This document shows positions 24,895 through 38,175 of a stretch of 64,000 bases of DNA, one piece after another. The notes below the pieces were generated by a model that was given only the letters and a program-made list of their open reading frames with translations, made no database searches and had not been told where the DNA came from. Positions within the stretch are counted from its first letter, which is position 1, and every line of letters starts with the position of its first letter. The DNA is taken from positions 496,001-560,000 of the forward strand of contig NW_027191464.1 of assembly GCF_011745625.1 (NCBI RefSeq). Direction: 5' to 3'. Source of the stretch: Cladosporium halotolerans. Lineage: Eukaryota. The position numbers were made by a program, and so were the translations under genes.

Positions 24895-27552
24895 CTAGTA
24901 GCCCGGTTTGGGCGGGATGAATTTCGCGCGCGTCACGGCCATGAGCTCCTCGACGAAGGTGTCTTCCTGCTTCGCCGTGCCGACGGCCGTTTGAAGTCCC
25001 AGCCCTCCGGCCGAGACGCCGAACTCCCGATTCTGTTCGCTCGTCGTGCTGTAGGAGGAGTCATTTCGCGCGTCGGATTGCACTGTCATCTCGCTGTCGA
25101 CCATAATGCCGCCCCAGAAGTTGTCGCGCCGGGCGCCTGAAGGGTCGTGGTCCGGTTCGACGCCTTCGGCGTCGCCCTCAGGAACCGGCGTGGCGTGCAC
25201 GGCGATGGGCTCGACTTTGTCGACGAGACCATTCTCCGACGACGCGTCGGTGTCCGTGTAGCTGGACTTGCGTTCCTTGTACATCGGCGGGTCGGTCTGC
25301 GCGGAGTCGAGACGCTTCAGCTTGCCACTGACGCCCGAGGCACGCAGCTTCGAGCTCGTCTGGGCTTTGACGATCTTACGGCCGAGCAGCGGGCCGAACT
25401 CTGAGTGGATGTCGCGCGCGAGGTTGGCGTGGTCGGGTGAGCCGGCGTAGCAGCGCTGGCGGGCGCTGAAGAAGGAGAGCGGCACGCGCGTGAAGGAGTC
25501 GAAGGCGTCGATGGCGACGTGCATGTCGGCCATGAGGCAAAAGGCGTAGATGACTGACGGCATTGCTTGGCCGCCGGTGACGGTGGAGTAGTGGGCGTTG
25601 TAGGGTCGGGCAAGGAAGTGGGATTGACTGAACCACTCTGGGGGAAGAGTGCGGTCGAGAGTCTGGACGGCGGAGATGATGGCCGCGGCGAATGTTCTCT
25701 CTCGCATCGCTGTTGGTGTTGGGTCTTCGCGCATTGCGAGACGTCGTTCCATTTGTCGTATACATGCGTGCGGCCTGAGACCATCGAGAGTCGTCAAGAC
25801 ATCATGCTGCCATGGTTGAGGTGGGCCCTTCAGTAGCTGGACATCCGGCAGCTGGTTCTGTGCGCGCTTGTTGACGACGATGTCAAATCCGCCGTGCGCT
25901 TTGGCGATGGGCGCGAATAGACTGAACCACGTTCCAGACTTGTCAAGCGTCTCCAAGTTATGGATGTAGCGTTGAAGCTCGTCGCAGTGAGACTCCAGAA
26001 CAGCCACAGGCACTTGCAGAGACTCCGCAATGGTACGAGCTACATTTGGCACAGCTGCAAATCGGAACCCGGCGTTGAGCAATTTGTCGGCCTCTTCGGT
26101 GTCCACCTGTCGAACAACGAACAAGATCTGACCCTTGCCAAAGACCAGCTTGCGCACGTTTGCGCCCATCTCAATGTCCTCTTGCTTGTTGCTAGTTCGC
26201 GTCCCACGTAGGATCGGATGCGTGTCCGGTAGGGTTGCGGTTTCGATGATACGGTCGTAAAGCACGCCAAGCTTCTCAAGGGGGATGTGCAAGCTGGACG
26301 CCAGGTTTGCTGCTGCCACGCAAAAGCGTTCGCGGAAGATGACAGAGTAATCGTTGTAGGTGGAAGGATGATAGATGGTGCTTGACGCCGGGCTGTCGGG
26401 ACGGGAGTCGAGGTCGTGTTGTTCTCTCTGAGCGATAAGATGGCTCTTCATCTTGGGGACCAAATCGCTGACGCCAGCCCAGTTGTAGGTCACACGGAAG
26501 ATCCAGTGGAGCACCGAGTGGGCGGTGTTGAACTCGTCTGTGAAACCGTAGGAGTTGTATCTGTCGGTGATTTCGCGTGCTGGTAGGGTACCATCCGTGT
26601 TGACGAGGATTCGGCCCTCAAGATCGAAAACAGCGCACGTGAGCACGACTTTTGAGGCTCGCTTTCTGTTGCTGCGCGCTTTGTGGCGTGTGAAGAACAG
26701 GTAGGTGAGGAATGTGAGTGCTGCGGCACCGCACAGGACGCCAGCGATCAGGACCTGGACATCTCGTTGTCGTCCGGCGGCAGCGTAGTGTTGGAACACG
26801 TATTGACACCCAACAGAGGCTGTGAAGTGCATCGCTGACACTCCGCCAGCCAAGAAAGAGGCACAGAACAGTCTCTTCCACCAGGAGTTGATCCATGCCT
26901 CTCGCCAGGTGTAAAACAAGACCAGCACAAGCAGGCAGTCGCCCTCGGCGATGATGAAAGCTGCGGCCAGGTATCTAGGGTTGTACTTTAGGGTGTAGTT
27001 AGATGTACCAAGGTTGCCAATGTAATGCATGCCAACGATTGATAGACCAGCAATGATTCCGGTGACGGTCAAGGCAAGCCAGTGATGTAAAGGTGTTGCA
27101 GTGCGGTACTCTGCTGCCGCAAACGCTGCCGTGAGTCCTATTACCGGCAGAAAAACGGACAGCGTCGTGAACCCAGGGGCGTAGGCAAGCTGTAATGAAT
27201 CTCGCCCATCACCAAGTGTGATCGCACGATTACTGCGAACTGTCAGTAACGACAATGCCACCGTGACAGCCATCCAACATACCCTATGAAATGCATACAC
27301 CAAATCCCAACAACCCCCATCGCTGCCGCGCATGCTATGGTCTCGAGCCTGGACATCGTCAGCGCTTGCGCGTCAAGGATCCAGATACGCAACTCACCAA
27401 CTCCGCAAGCTGCCAAGCGCTGTTCCACGACGGTGAAGCAGCTCGATTGTTAGTAAACATCCACTGAAACTAGCAAAGTATGATCCAACAACGATGGCAG
27501 GATTGAAGAAGCTCGAGACGATGTCGCCCGGCTGAAGGTTTTCGTAGGACAT
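24895..27552 (-). CDS. MHYT-domain membrane signalling protein, 3 exons
   Basis: N-terminal TM region with three MHYT-type motifs (GIWCMHFIGN, IVGMHYIGN, VSAMHFTAS); introns 27397-27349 and 27282-27233; long soluble C-terminal region. Confidence 0.88.
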
Positions 27553-30500
27553 CTTTGTGAGGGCCGAAATGGTTCCAAGGGCCCGGATGGTAGGGCGAGT
27601 CCAAAGAGCGAATGGCACGTCCGGCGGGCGTCAATGGACAAGTCCAACCGTACCCGCAAGCCCCAGAGATGCGCCAATAAGTCAAAAGGAGGAAGAACGT
27701 TAGGACGCCCTGGTGGATCGCATCCAGGGACGATGGTGACGCTTTCAATAAAGAGGCCGGCGCAGCAAAGGAGTGAGATTCCTCTATTGAAACGAGCGAG
27801 CCACCTATGCGCTGCGCATTGGGGCGGTCTGCCAGAGGATGTGAGGAGATAAGCGCGGATCCGGGTTCGAGCTGAGGAGCGTGTCCGTGTCCGAGTCGCT
27901 GGCAGAGGCGATTACGGTACCTGGGCGGCGCTGCTCAGCAGGTGATTGTCGCACTGCAGGGCCCGCGTCCAAGCTTGCTTCCTGTTGAGGGTGGTTGATC
28001 AGTCCGAAGGTGGCAGGCGGCGGATTATTGCATGCTCGTTCTCGCGCTGGACGATGCAAGGAATGGCTGCAAGACGAGGCGAAGAGCCGCAGTCACGTAC
28101 GACGCTGGGTGCCGGAGGTCGACGGTGACTTTTCACTCGCGGCGCAGGGAGCAGTGGGTTCGGCGGCGGAGGGGGTATATGAGCAGGGATGCGCTATGCG
28201 CACCATCTCTCAGGCTTGCTCCGACGGATGGGGCGCTGCGAGGCGGCGGTGGCCATCTCTGAGAGGCGAAACGCACTGGCGGCGCAGACGGGCGGACTGG
28301 ATGCAGGTGTGCAACTACCGGCGGGCTGGAATGCGTGGCGTCGGTTGGTGAGGCGTGCCTCCCGCCCTTGGCCGCTCTTGCATGCGGCCGCGGTGGGTGA
28401 TGCAGCGATGCTAGTGTTGCGAGGGAAGGGAACTAAGGTAGGGCCTGCGAGTCGCGACGCAAGGGCGTTCCCTGCGCGCGAGCAGTCGTGCCTGGGGCCA
28501 TCCGAGGCAGGCGGGCGGATGCCGTGCCGGGCTGTTGTCCGTCTGTCGTCCATCTGCTGGCGTCTGCCGGCCGGTGGTCAGGCACTCGCGGCACCCTGAG
28601 GCACAGGCGCACTGGCATATCTGGCGGTATACAATGGCGCGCGCGCCCCTCGCACACGCCGCAGGCTCCCAGCCCAGACGCAAGGGAGCACCAACGAAGT
28701 CGTCGCCAGCTCCACGGGGTGCGTCTCTGGTGCGCTGGACCCCGCTGATCGCTTACAGCTGTGTGACGCTCGCCTAGCGCCAGCGAGCCTGCGCTCATCC
28801 TCCGCCGCGCCCTCACCACACGGACCGGCCTGGCGACTCGCCGTGGTGTCTGATCGCTGTGGGGGGCCGTTTCTTCGAGTGCGCGTGCGAGATCCTTGAT
28901 CCCCCTCCGCGCCCGCTGGGCCACTTCTGTGTCTGGCATGGCCTTCCCCGCCGCGGCCCAGCATCGCGCAGATGAGCCGTGTCTGCAATACTCGCAACCC
29001 GGTAGCAATATCGAGAGTCGAGCGACGGAGACACGGCGGCGTGCAGGCCGCAGCCGTGTGTGGCCAGATGCGCTCATCGCGCCCAGCGGCATTAGCGGCT
29101 GGCGCGACTGTGGATGACGGCTACGTGCATCCGCGCCGGGGTGTCTGGCGGGCACTACAGACAGATCGCAATCATCCTGGTCAGCAATCCTCGTCCGCAT
29201 ACATACAGTACACAAGGGGTGCTCGCAGGCCCTGCCGAATGCCGTCTTCCGTTGTCTCAGCTGTGGGAGCAAGACCCGCGACCGACTCAGCGTTTGTCCG
29301 TCCGCTCCACGTCCGCGACGTCTGACGAGCAACGGCGGCCTTGGGCAACGAGGCCAAGATCCGGTGCATCATTTCCGGCGCCGTGGTTTGCCAATCCAGC
29401 GGGGCGCCAGCCTCCACGAATCCTCGGACGGCGCTCTCCGATCGACCCGAAGGATAGACTTCGCTGGGATGGCAAAGTCAATTGAGCATGGATGTAAGGT
29501 ATGGCACCTCGCCTCACGGCAGCGACCGCCAGACAACGCGAACACTGCCCTCGAGTCAAGCCGTCAACTTCAAACACTCAACCGACCAAGTCTTCAAGGC
29601 ACCAGCCGTCTTGGATCCTGTCTTCCTTGTTCAAGCTAGCGCTGCCAACCCGTCCGTCCCTGGCCCTAATCTGCTCCGCAGGTCCGGGGTCCGCGGCAAG
29701 GCACGGGCAAGGCTCGATCTACCGCCCACCCGCCGCGTTGAGCGCACACGCTCCTTTCGCCAGGAGCAATATTCGTCTTGGGTGTAGCGCGAACGAGCGC
29801 GCTCGTGCCTAGATCTACCAGCCGTGCGCTCGCTCCACCGCACCGACCTTTTGCGCAATACTGTTCTTTAGTCGCGATGCGATTTCCGGTTTGCCGGTTC
29901 GCGTGCCCGTCCGAGTTTCAGGGGAGTCTATTCTACAACGGCCCGGTGTGAAGACTGCTTAGAGCTAGTCGCGGACCATTGTTTGCGTCCGCGTCGGTCT
30001 GGCAATCGGCCAGGCGTCCACGGCACGGCTCATCCACGTTTCGTTCACGTGGCGATTGACTTCTAAGTTCTTCTACCGTTGAAGATATCTGAGATGCTCC
30101 ACAGGCGAAGTGGGTCGCTGTGTGCAAGCGAGCTGCCACAACCTATCGAAGAATGGGGGGGAAAATAGTTCGCCGGACACTGATGTTGGTATAGATGGAT
30201 GGTGCATGTGTGTGTGTTCTTCGGTTCCGACACTGTGCGTGTATAGTATCAAGCAGCTCATTACATGGCAAGTGCCCGTCGAGGTTGTCGGCCTTACTAA
30301 GATGCCGGCCTAACGAGATGCCTTTTAACCGTGCAGTCTTTATCCGCTCGGGCGCGCCGTCGCCTCCATCAATTCTTTAGATGAACCCCCAAAGTCTGGT
30401 TGCGAACGGAGTCTACCGAGATGCGGCGATGGATTCCAGACTTCACAAATAGCCTCCTACCAAGCGGCCCGCCCTTCGCTGTAATACGAGTCATTGGCAA

Positions 30501-30590
30501 TGGCATTGGCATCCTCCGCACCAAGTCTACCAGGCTCGCTTAGAGCGCGGTGACATTCTGATGCCGCATCCCGCGTACACGATGGCCAGC

Positions 30591-32303
30591 TTAATAAGAT
30601 GAGTCAAAAAGAGATGCGCCTGGGAGGTCGTCCTGGAGTTCTGCAGCCGCATGTGGCGTGTCCTCGCAAATTAGACAAGCGTCTGAATCCCACAGGTCTG
30701 CAAACTCAAATCCATCCTGTTGGTCCCAAACAGGCAATTGCAGAGCTTCGCGAGAGCGGTCGCAAAAGTCAATCGCATTTGGCTCGGTTTCAGCCTGCTC
30801 TCTTGCGTCGCTGACTTTGCTGGTCGTGCCCAAGAGGTCTTCGAAGTCGCTGCCGTCGCTGTTTTGACACAAGTCTTGTTCGGACTCGGCATCGTCGAGC
30901 AATTCATCGATCACTTCGCTCGGCGTTAGGGTGCCACCGATCTCCGCGTGCACAGAGAATGGTCGCAGCTGCTTCGCTGAACGCTTTTGGGAGTTTGATG
31001 CAACCAAATGCCAGAGTCCAACGGACAGGGCTGCCTGACTGTTGGTATGATCAAATTCATTGGACTGCAGCGCAGAGTTGCCATGCTGTCTTCGACGGAC
31101 CAGCTCTTGCACCTTACTATGCAGCCCAGCGCTTGTGGAACAGTGGCGCGCAACATTACTGATGGCGTGACTAAGCGTAGGCAAGAAAACCGCACGATTT
31201 GACACTGATCGATGATATTCCGGCATCCAGAGAGCGGGCGCGAGGGCTGACAGGCATTTGAAATCTTCGTTGCTGACCACACGCATTGAGCTGGATTTTC
31301 TGGCAGGCGTCCCGCGCACAGCGTGTCGCAAGCCGGTTTCAAGAATTGTCATCAGCCCCTTTACGATCAGCTTGCTGCAGTGTCCCTTCTGGGAGCCAGT
31401 GGACATGCTGCTCTGACTGCGCTCACATTTCTTTTGAGATGACGGCGGGGTCATGTACGCAGAGCTGTGCAACGTCGTGCACGTCGGCCTATCTGGCTGG
31501 CTGTTGAGATCTATAATGGCAGCTTCATCATCAAGTGAAAGCGCACAGTCAGTTTGCACATCGAGCATGTCGGAATCGGCACAATCCTCGGACCAGAAAG
31601 CTGATTCGTCGATTGCAGCAGTAGTGTTGCTGAGCAGTATACTCGATTCGATAGGCACATTGTCCGTCTCCATGTCAAGAGTTGACAGAGCATCAAAATT
31701 TCGTCCCTGAGGGGGTGTAGCAAGCTGTTGCACCACCATCATCTTCAGACGTATGCTTTTCAGAGTCACAACTTGCACACCAGCTGGAGGCTTCGTGTCA
31801 TAATACGGGACGTCTGATGCAATCTTGTGCAGACTTTTTCGAATCGAACGTTCTCTCTGCCGGCAATAATCCAAGCGAAAGGTCCATGATATTACATTGT
31901 CCTCCGACGGATGGATTGCGACCGAAGTCGCTTCAAGTCCCAGACTGCTCCAAATCTAATGGGGGATTAGCATGTCCAGGCAGACTCTCACTTCATCTAC
32001 TCATGCCTCTGATTGCTTCATTTTCACCGCGAATACCTGCGCAAATTCTTGATCTTCAGGCTCCAGATCGGCCGCCAATTCGAGATCAATGGTCACTTTG
32101 TAGTCATGACCTTTCACAACCCACGGTCTACGAGCTTCATCTTGATCGAGTAACCTGTCTCTCAGATGAGCGACACCAGCACCTTCGTCTCCGTTGTTCT
32201 CGAAGCCAGCAAATTTCGCCTCGCCGGACAGGTGAAGGAACAAGCCGTCATCTGCTAGGTGGAGTTCTAGCCTTCCGAGATCGAGGCTACCAGAGTCGCT
32301 CAT
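30591..32303 (-). CDS. Hypothetical protein (about 540 aa), 2 exons
   Basis: Intron 32036-31956 (GTATTC...CTAAT...TAG) joins ORF 32303-32037 in frame to the long ORF ending 30591; no recognisable domain. Confidence 0.6.
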
Positions 32304-32592
32304 GTTGAATGTTCGGGCAGCATCGGTATTATTCAAGACTCACAGTCCGCGAAGAGGATACGGGTTTGTGGTTGTTCCAATGAGAAAGGAAGAACGAGGT
32401 CGCACGAGGTGAAACCGGAGGGCATTTGGCCCGTGCGCGAGCCGCGGCCGCGACTTCCCCGTGGAGTTTCGCAGCAGCTCCGGCATGATGCATTTATTGA
32501 TCATTCGAAACAATCCAGATAGTTGATTACCTGCATTGCTGTGACTGAAGTAACAAGACTTCACTCGACATTTTAGTCTTTGGGCAGCCACA

Positions 32593-34104
32593 ATGGCGAC
32601 TCGATCACCACAGCTTCGCCTTTTCGCGCGTTCCAGCACGAGTAGAGCAGTCTCCAGCTCTCTTCATTTGCGCCGTCCGTTCTCAGCGTCTGCGACGCGT
32701 AACACAGATGGTGTGTTTCGTGCTCTGACGGAGAACAGAGTGCAAACGCCATGGGTTGAGGCTCTGAGACAGCAGAGAGAGGAGGGTATAGATCCCACCA
32801 AAGCGAGTGGAACACCAAAAACGCCCAAAGACCGAGATCTATCGCCTCGGACGATGTCCGATAGCTACCACAGTGTCGTATGTGCTGCTACACTCTGAAA
32901 GATTAGTCTGTTGTATTTGTCTGACCCTCTTCTAGATCCTCCCTCTCGCACAAGACCCATGGCTACTCGACACATATCTCAACTCCTCTGGCCACATCCG
33001 CTTCGGCACACTGCTAATGGATCTTGATGCCTTGTCTGGAGTCGTGGCCTACAAGCATACTGGCGATGGCGTTACCACAGTCACAGCAGCTTGCGATCGT
33101 ATCACAATTCAGCATCCCTTGACCGAGATCTGCGATCTTGAGCTCAGTGGAAAGGTCACGTACGCTACAGGACGCAGTAGTATGGAGATCACCCTTCAAG
33201 TCGCCAAAGCTCCCAAGGAAGGTCAAAAGCCGGAACCGGAAGATGTCATGATGACATGTCAGTTCACCATGGTCTCGCTGGATCCCGGAACCAAGAAGCC
33301 GGTCAATCTCCCGCCCATTCGACCGGAGAACGAGGAGGAAAAGCGCGTGTTTGCCCAAGGTGAAGAAAACAGCAAGCACAGGAAGGATCTCTCGAAGCGA
33401 TCGCTGCTGAAGCAAACACCTAACGATGAGGAGAGCGACTTGATCCATGCCATGTGGCAACGACAGCTGCAATTCCACGACCCCAACGATCCTCTCCGTA
33501 AGCCTGACAATGTCCAATTCATGGACAAGACTCAGCTGAGCACTGCGAGTATCATGCAGCCTCAGTACCGCAACAGGTATGGGAACACCTGCTTCCGCCG
33601 AACATATCAATGACCTTCTGACACCTCAACAGACACCACTTCATGATCTTCGGCGGTTTCCTGCTAAAGCAAACCTTCGAGCTCGCCTTCTGCGCCGCGG
33701 CATCTTTCGCTCACAGCCGGCCCACATTCGTTTCTCTCGATCCTTCGACTTTCCAAAACCCTGTACCTGTCGGCAGCGTCCTGTACCTGACCGCAACGGT
33801 AGTTTACACCGACCCGCCTCTCGTATCGGGTCAGTCGGACACCGATCTCAGCTCTGCGCAGTCTGGCAAAACACGCGTGCAGGTACGTGTCGACAGTAAG
33901 GTCCGAGACGTCGAGCACGGCGAGACCAAGCCTACTGGCCAGTTCAATTATACCTTTACTGTGGACAAGGATGTGAAGGTCATGCCGAGGAGCTATACGG
34001 AGTTCATGATGTATACGGATGCTCGCCGGAGAGCGAGGAGAGTCCTGGAAACTGTGAAGGAGGGCCATGCTGATGGTGGCGGAAAGGAGCGGGTAACTGA
34101 GTAG
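32593..34104 (+). CDS. Mitochondrial acyl-CoA thioesterase (double hotdog, ACOT9-like), 3 exons
   Basis: Arg/Ser-rich presequence, YLNSSGHIRFGTLLMDLDALSG, VTAACDRI, GRSSMEI, RNRHHFMIFGGFLLKQTFELAF; introns 32878-32935 and 33577-33632. Confidence 0.88.
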
Positions 34105-35333
34105 ATGTCTCTGGGCAGATGCCTGAGTTACATGATCTAATATCGGAGCATTTGCGTTTGGAGTTTGGCAGTCGGGTGCTTCGGCGCCAGTTCATTGGCA
34201 AATGCTAGTAATAGAATGTAAGATACATCTAGATAAGGTATTCGCCTTCAACCCATTATGCAAAAATAGGTGGCATCGTACTTCCGCGGCTCTCTCTGGC
34301 CGGAATCGATGAACATAAGCTGTGGGAGATAGCAGCACCTCAACTACCGCAGAAAGGCTTCCAAAACGCCTATACTAGGATTCCCAGATTCTGTAAGAAA
34401 AACACGCTACTACCATCACCTCTAAATCATCTGGGATAAGTTTGACTCGGAGAGCCCAGTAGACGGCGCACCACATTTGTCGGATGGGTTGTGGTTCTTG
34501 CCCTGCAAACCGGACAATTTCGTCCGATCTCTCAACGCTCGATGGTTCGTCCAATATTCTGTGGTCTAATAATTATGCGGTCAATGAGTCGTGAAATCGG
34601 TGCCCTTTCCGTCAATACCTCGGCGCCCGAGCCTACCTGAAATGCGATAGGACTAAAGCGGGAGTCCAGGCTGCTAGCAACAAGCATCTTGAGGAAGGAT
34701 AGCACTACATGCAATCCTTGAAAGATCTCCCGCAGCACCTCACATCAGCGCCCTCTTCCTTGTACTACTATCATCGGCTAACCTCTTACATCGTTTAGTA
34801 TCGAGCCTGCCCGTCGGTGTGTGACGCGGACAAAAGAAAACCCGAAGTCGATCTCCTTCCCCTCACAGCTGGTGGGGAAGAATCTGGAGATATGGGGTAG
34901 AGATCGTCGAGGCCCACTCCCACATGTGCTCCAATACCAAGCTCACAAGCATCTCGAGCCGCTCAGGCTTGGCTGCCGACAAGCTACTGTGCCGGCTTGG
35001 CCTTTTTTGGATGTCATCGCGTCAGTCTAAGGCTCCTTCGCCTGTTGCCGCTCGATGTCAGTGGCTGCACTTCCCTCGGTTCTGGCATTATGGTCGAAGA
35101 GTGGATCTCATCCATGCTCTGTCATGTCGCACAACGTGGAGGGGTTCCGGATTGCCCTCCCTCGGGACCCGGTGTGAGCTGGGAGCTCTTCGGGGAGAGC
35201 GCTCGGCAGATTGGCAGATTCCCAAGTAAAAAGGCTCTTGTTGCTCTTTCACTTTCCTAATCCTCTGACCTTCGTCTCTGTTTTCTCTTCCCTGGAGCCA
35301 ACGCTCAGCTGCGACGTTAGAATATCGTTCAAG

Positions 35334-36980
35334 ATGGATCCGAACGAAGAGAAGCTCGATCACGCAGAGGAGATCGATGAGAAGGATACATCAGGCACAG
35401 GCTATACGCACGTTGAGGATCCCGTGCTTGAGAAGAAGATCGTGCGACACCTTGACCGGCGAATTTTGCCTTGGATTTTTATCCTTTGGCTACTTGCTTT
35501 CATCGATCGGAGCAATGTGAGTTCAATCATGATAGCAATCTGAAGACAGCCTCGTCCTGACTGTTACTAGATCGGCAACGCGAAAATTGATGGCCTTATC
35601 GACGATCTCAACCTCACCGGCAACAAGTACAATGTCTCACTCACCGTGTTCTATATCCTCTACGTCCTCATCGACATCCCCTCAAACTGGCTTCTCAAAG
35701 TCGTTGGAGGTGGCAAATACCTGCCCATGCTCGCCGTCGCGTGGGGCATTGTGGGAACTTGCATGGGCGCAGTGAAGAGCTATGGAGGCCTGATCGCGTG
35801 CCGTCTTCTTCTCGGGGCTTGTGAGGGCGGCATGTTCGGAGGCATCATCTTGTATCTGAGCATGTTCTACAAGAGACATCAGCTGATGTTCAGACTTGGG
35901 GTATGCAGCGTCCTCAAACTCACTTAGAGTGGATGACTGACGTTGGCAAACAGGTCTTCTATTGCGCTGCTCCTCTCAGCGGAGCGTTCGGTGGTCTGCT
36001 TGCTACTGGTTTGGCTGAGATCAGATACGGAGGCTACAACAGATGGCCGTGGATCTTCTTCGTTGAGGGATCCATCACTATCGTTGTCGCTATTGTGGCG
36101 TTTTTCTTCCTGCCCGACACTCCCGGCAAGGCAAAGTTCCTGAGTGAAGAGGAGCAATGGTACATCGTGCATGTACTTCGCGCCGACTTGCAAGGTGCTG
36201 CGCAGTCCGACAGGATTGACGATGAGAAATTCAGCTGGAGCGCTGTGAGTCCACCTAACGAATCCTTTCCATGCAGAATTGGTGGCAAGAGCGTCAACTG
36301 ACTTATGTTAGGTCCGCATGGCTCTTCTCAACATCAACACTATTGTGATGAGCATCAATTTCTTCCTCATCCTGGTACCAATCTACTCATTCTCGCTCTT
36401 CTTACCATCCATCATCTCCGGTCTTGGATACCATCGGATCACAGCGCAGCTCTTCACCGTCCCGCCCAACTTCCTCGCCTTCCTAGTCGTGCTCATGGCA
36501 TCATGGATCAGCGACCGCATCAAGATGCGCGGTCCACTCATTGCAACCGGCCTCCTCGTCGCAGCCATCGGCTACATCATGCAGCTCGCCGCCAAAAGCC
36601 CAGGCGTGCGATACGCAGGCACCTTCTTTGTTGCCTCCGGCGTCTTCCCTTGCTCGCCGCTGATCCTCGCCTGGCTGAGCAATAACCTCGCACCGCACTA
36701 CGTCAAAGCGACGGGTCTCGGCTTCATAGTCGCTGTCGGAAACTGCGGCGCCTTCGTCGCGACCTTCACTTACCTCAGTGAGGATGCGCCGCTGTATATC
36801 ACCGGTCATGCGATCAATATCGGCGCGATCGGTATCAGCTTGATCTTGACATTGGGTAATATTTTGTACATTCGCTGGGAGAATTCTGCGAGGGCAAGCG
36901 GGAAGAGAGATGCTAGATTGCAGCATGGTAGGGAGAATGAGCTTGGATACAGACACCCTGCTTTCAGGTACACCCTCTGA
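35334..36980 (+). CDS. MFS transporter, Dal5/Tna1 (anion:cation symporter) family, 4 exons
   Basis: LDRRILP..AFIDRSNIGNAK, DIPSN, RLLLGACEGG, GAFGGLLA, WIFFVEG, LPDTP, HPAFRYTL end; introns 35517-35570, 35901-35953, 36245-36311. Confidence 0.92.
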
Positions 36981-37323
36981 GGAGCGCTTTGAGCTCAAGG
37001 TACATAGGCTGGTAATGAATACACAGACCTTTCGAGTCGCACAATTCGCACGCAGCCAATTTGATTGGACTTCCATGTCGGAACAGCTCCAGAGAAGCTT
37101 CACGGGGCATGTTTATGCCAGTCCTGAAGTGCGCCGTTCTCCATGCATGGTCTTTGGTGGTGACAAGTGTTCTGGCAGCTTTTCTTGAGCTACCATCGTG
37201 AGTATGCGCCAAGCGTTTTGCTGATTGTAGCCTCTCGTTCTGCTCCTCGCTCTGCTTGAGGTGCGTATGACAACATCTGGCTGATTGACACCCAATATCG
37301 GTCCTAGTGGCCTTTCTCATGGT

Positions 37324-38175
37324 TCAGTCATCATCGCTGCTGTCGCTTTCCTCCTTCTGCTTCCTCCTCTGCTCAGCGGCCATTTTCGCAGCGAACGGAG
37401 ATTTGCTGCCCTTGTACTCCTTCTGCTTCTGGAACACATAGCTCCTCGATTCTCTGTCTTCACCCTTCCATCCTCCGCCGCCTTCCAGATTGCCCAAAGT
37501 CCGAGCATGGCTGTAGCCCGGATACGCACTCGCCTGGAATTTGAAGCTTCGCTGAACCTCGAGTCCACTGTGCCTAGCCAGATCGCGGACGTTCCAGAGC
37601 GTATACGGCTCGCCTTCGAAAAGGGTCACAACGATGGTTCCATCAAGCGCAAGCAGGTTCTTCGCAGCGCCGAAAAACTTCACCAGCAATTCCTGATTGA
37701 ACCGAACCTGGCGGTTGACGTCCGTACTTTTGCCACCAACGTGCGGAAAATTGAACAGAATATGATTATAGAGGCCAGCCTTGCTGAGTGCCTTGTGCTC
37801 GTTGAGTTTCGTTGCATCAACGTTGTAGACGACCGTTTGACCTTCTTCTTCGAGGTATTGAATGTGCTCCTCGGCCTGCGGCTTGTACTTCTCGAACAGC
37901 TCAGCCTGGCCGTCGTAGCAGGTGGCCGTGACGTCGCAGCAGCCGTGATGCTCGACGATGGATTTTGCAAAAGAAAAGTCGCCTTCGCCGACGAGCAGGA
38001 TGCGGTCTTCCTCCGGGATGAAAGGGATCGTTGGCGCTTGCACCTTTTTCACTTCCTTCTTTGCGGGTTGGTGCCGAGTGTCTTTGGGCTTGGCGTTTTC
38101 CGGTTTCTCGTATGGTGTTTTGCGGAACCCAGCTTTGGCAGCATGCTTGCCTTTCATGTTTTTTGACTTCGCCAT
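37324..38175 (-). CDS. BMT5: 25S rRNA (uridine-N3)-methyltransferase Bmt5-like (DUF2431)
   Basis: ILLVGEGDFSFA, VDATKL, ILFNFPHVGG, NQELLVKFF, VTLFEGEPYTLWN, YPGYSHARTLG; start taken at MAKSK. Confidence 0.88.
   Translation of the reverse strand: MAKSKNMKGKHAAKAGFRKTPYEKPENAKPKDTRHQPAKKEVKKVQAPTIPFIPEEDRILLVGEGDFSFAKSIVEHHGCCDVTATCYDGQAELFEKYKPQAEEHIQYLEEEGQTVVYNVDATKLNEHKALSKAGLYNHILFNFPHVGGKSTDVNRQVRFNQELLVKFFGAAKNLLALDGTIVVTLFEGEPYTLWNVRDLARHSGLEVQRSFKFQASAYPGYSHARTLGNLEGGGGWKGEDRESRSYVFQKQKEYKGSKSPFAAKMAAEQRRKQKEESDSSDDD

Noticed and set aside
28433..29332. 299-aa minus-strand ORF
   Set aside because: Arg/Ala-rich translation typical of GC-rich non-coding DNA; no motifs; non-ATG start
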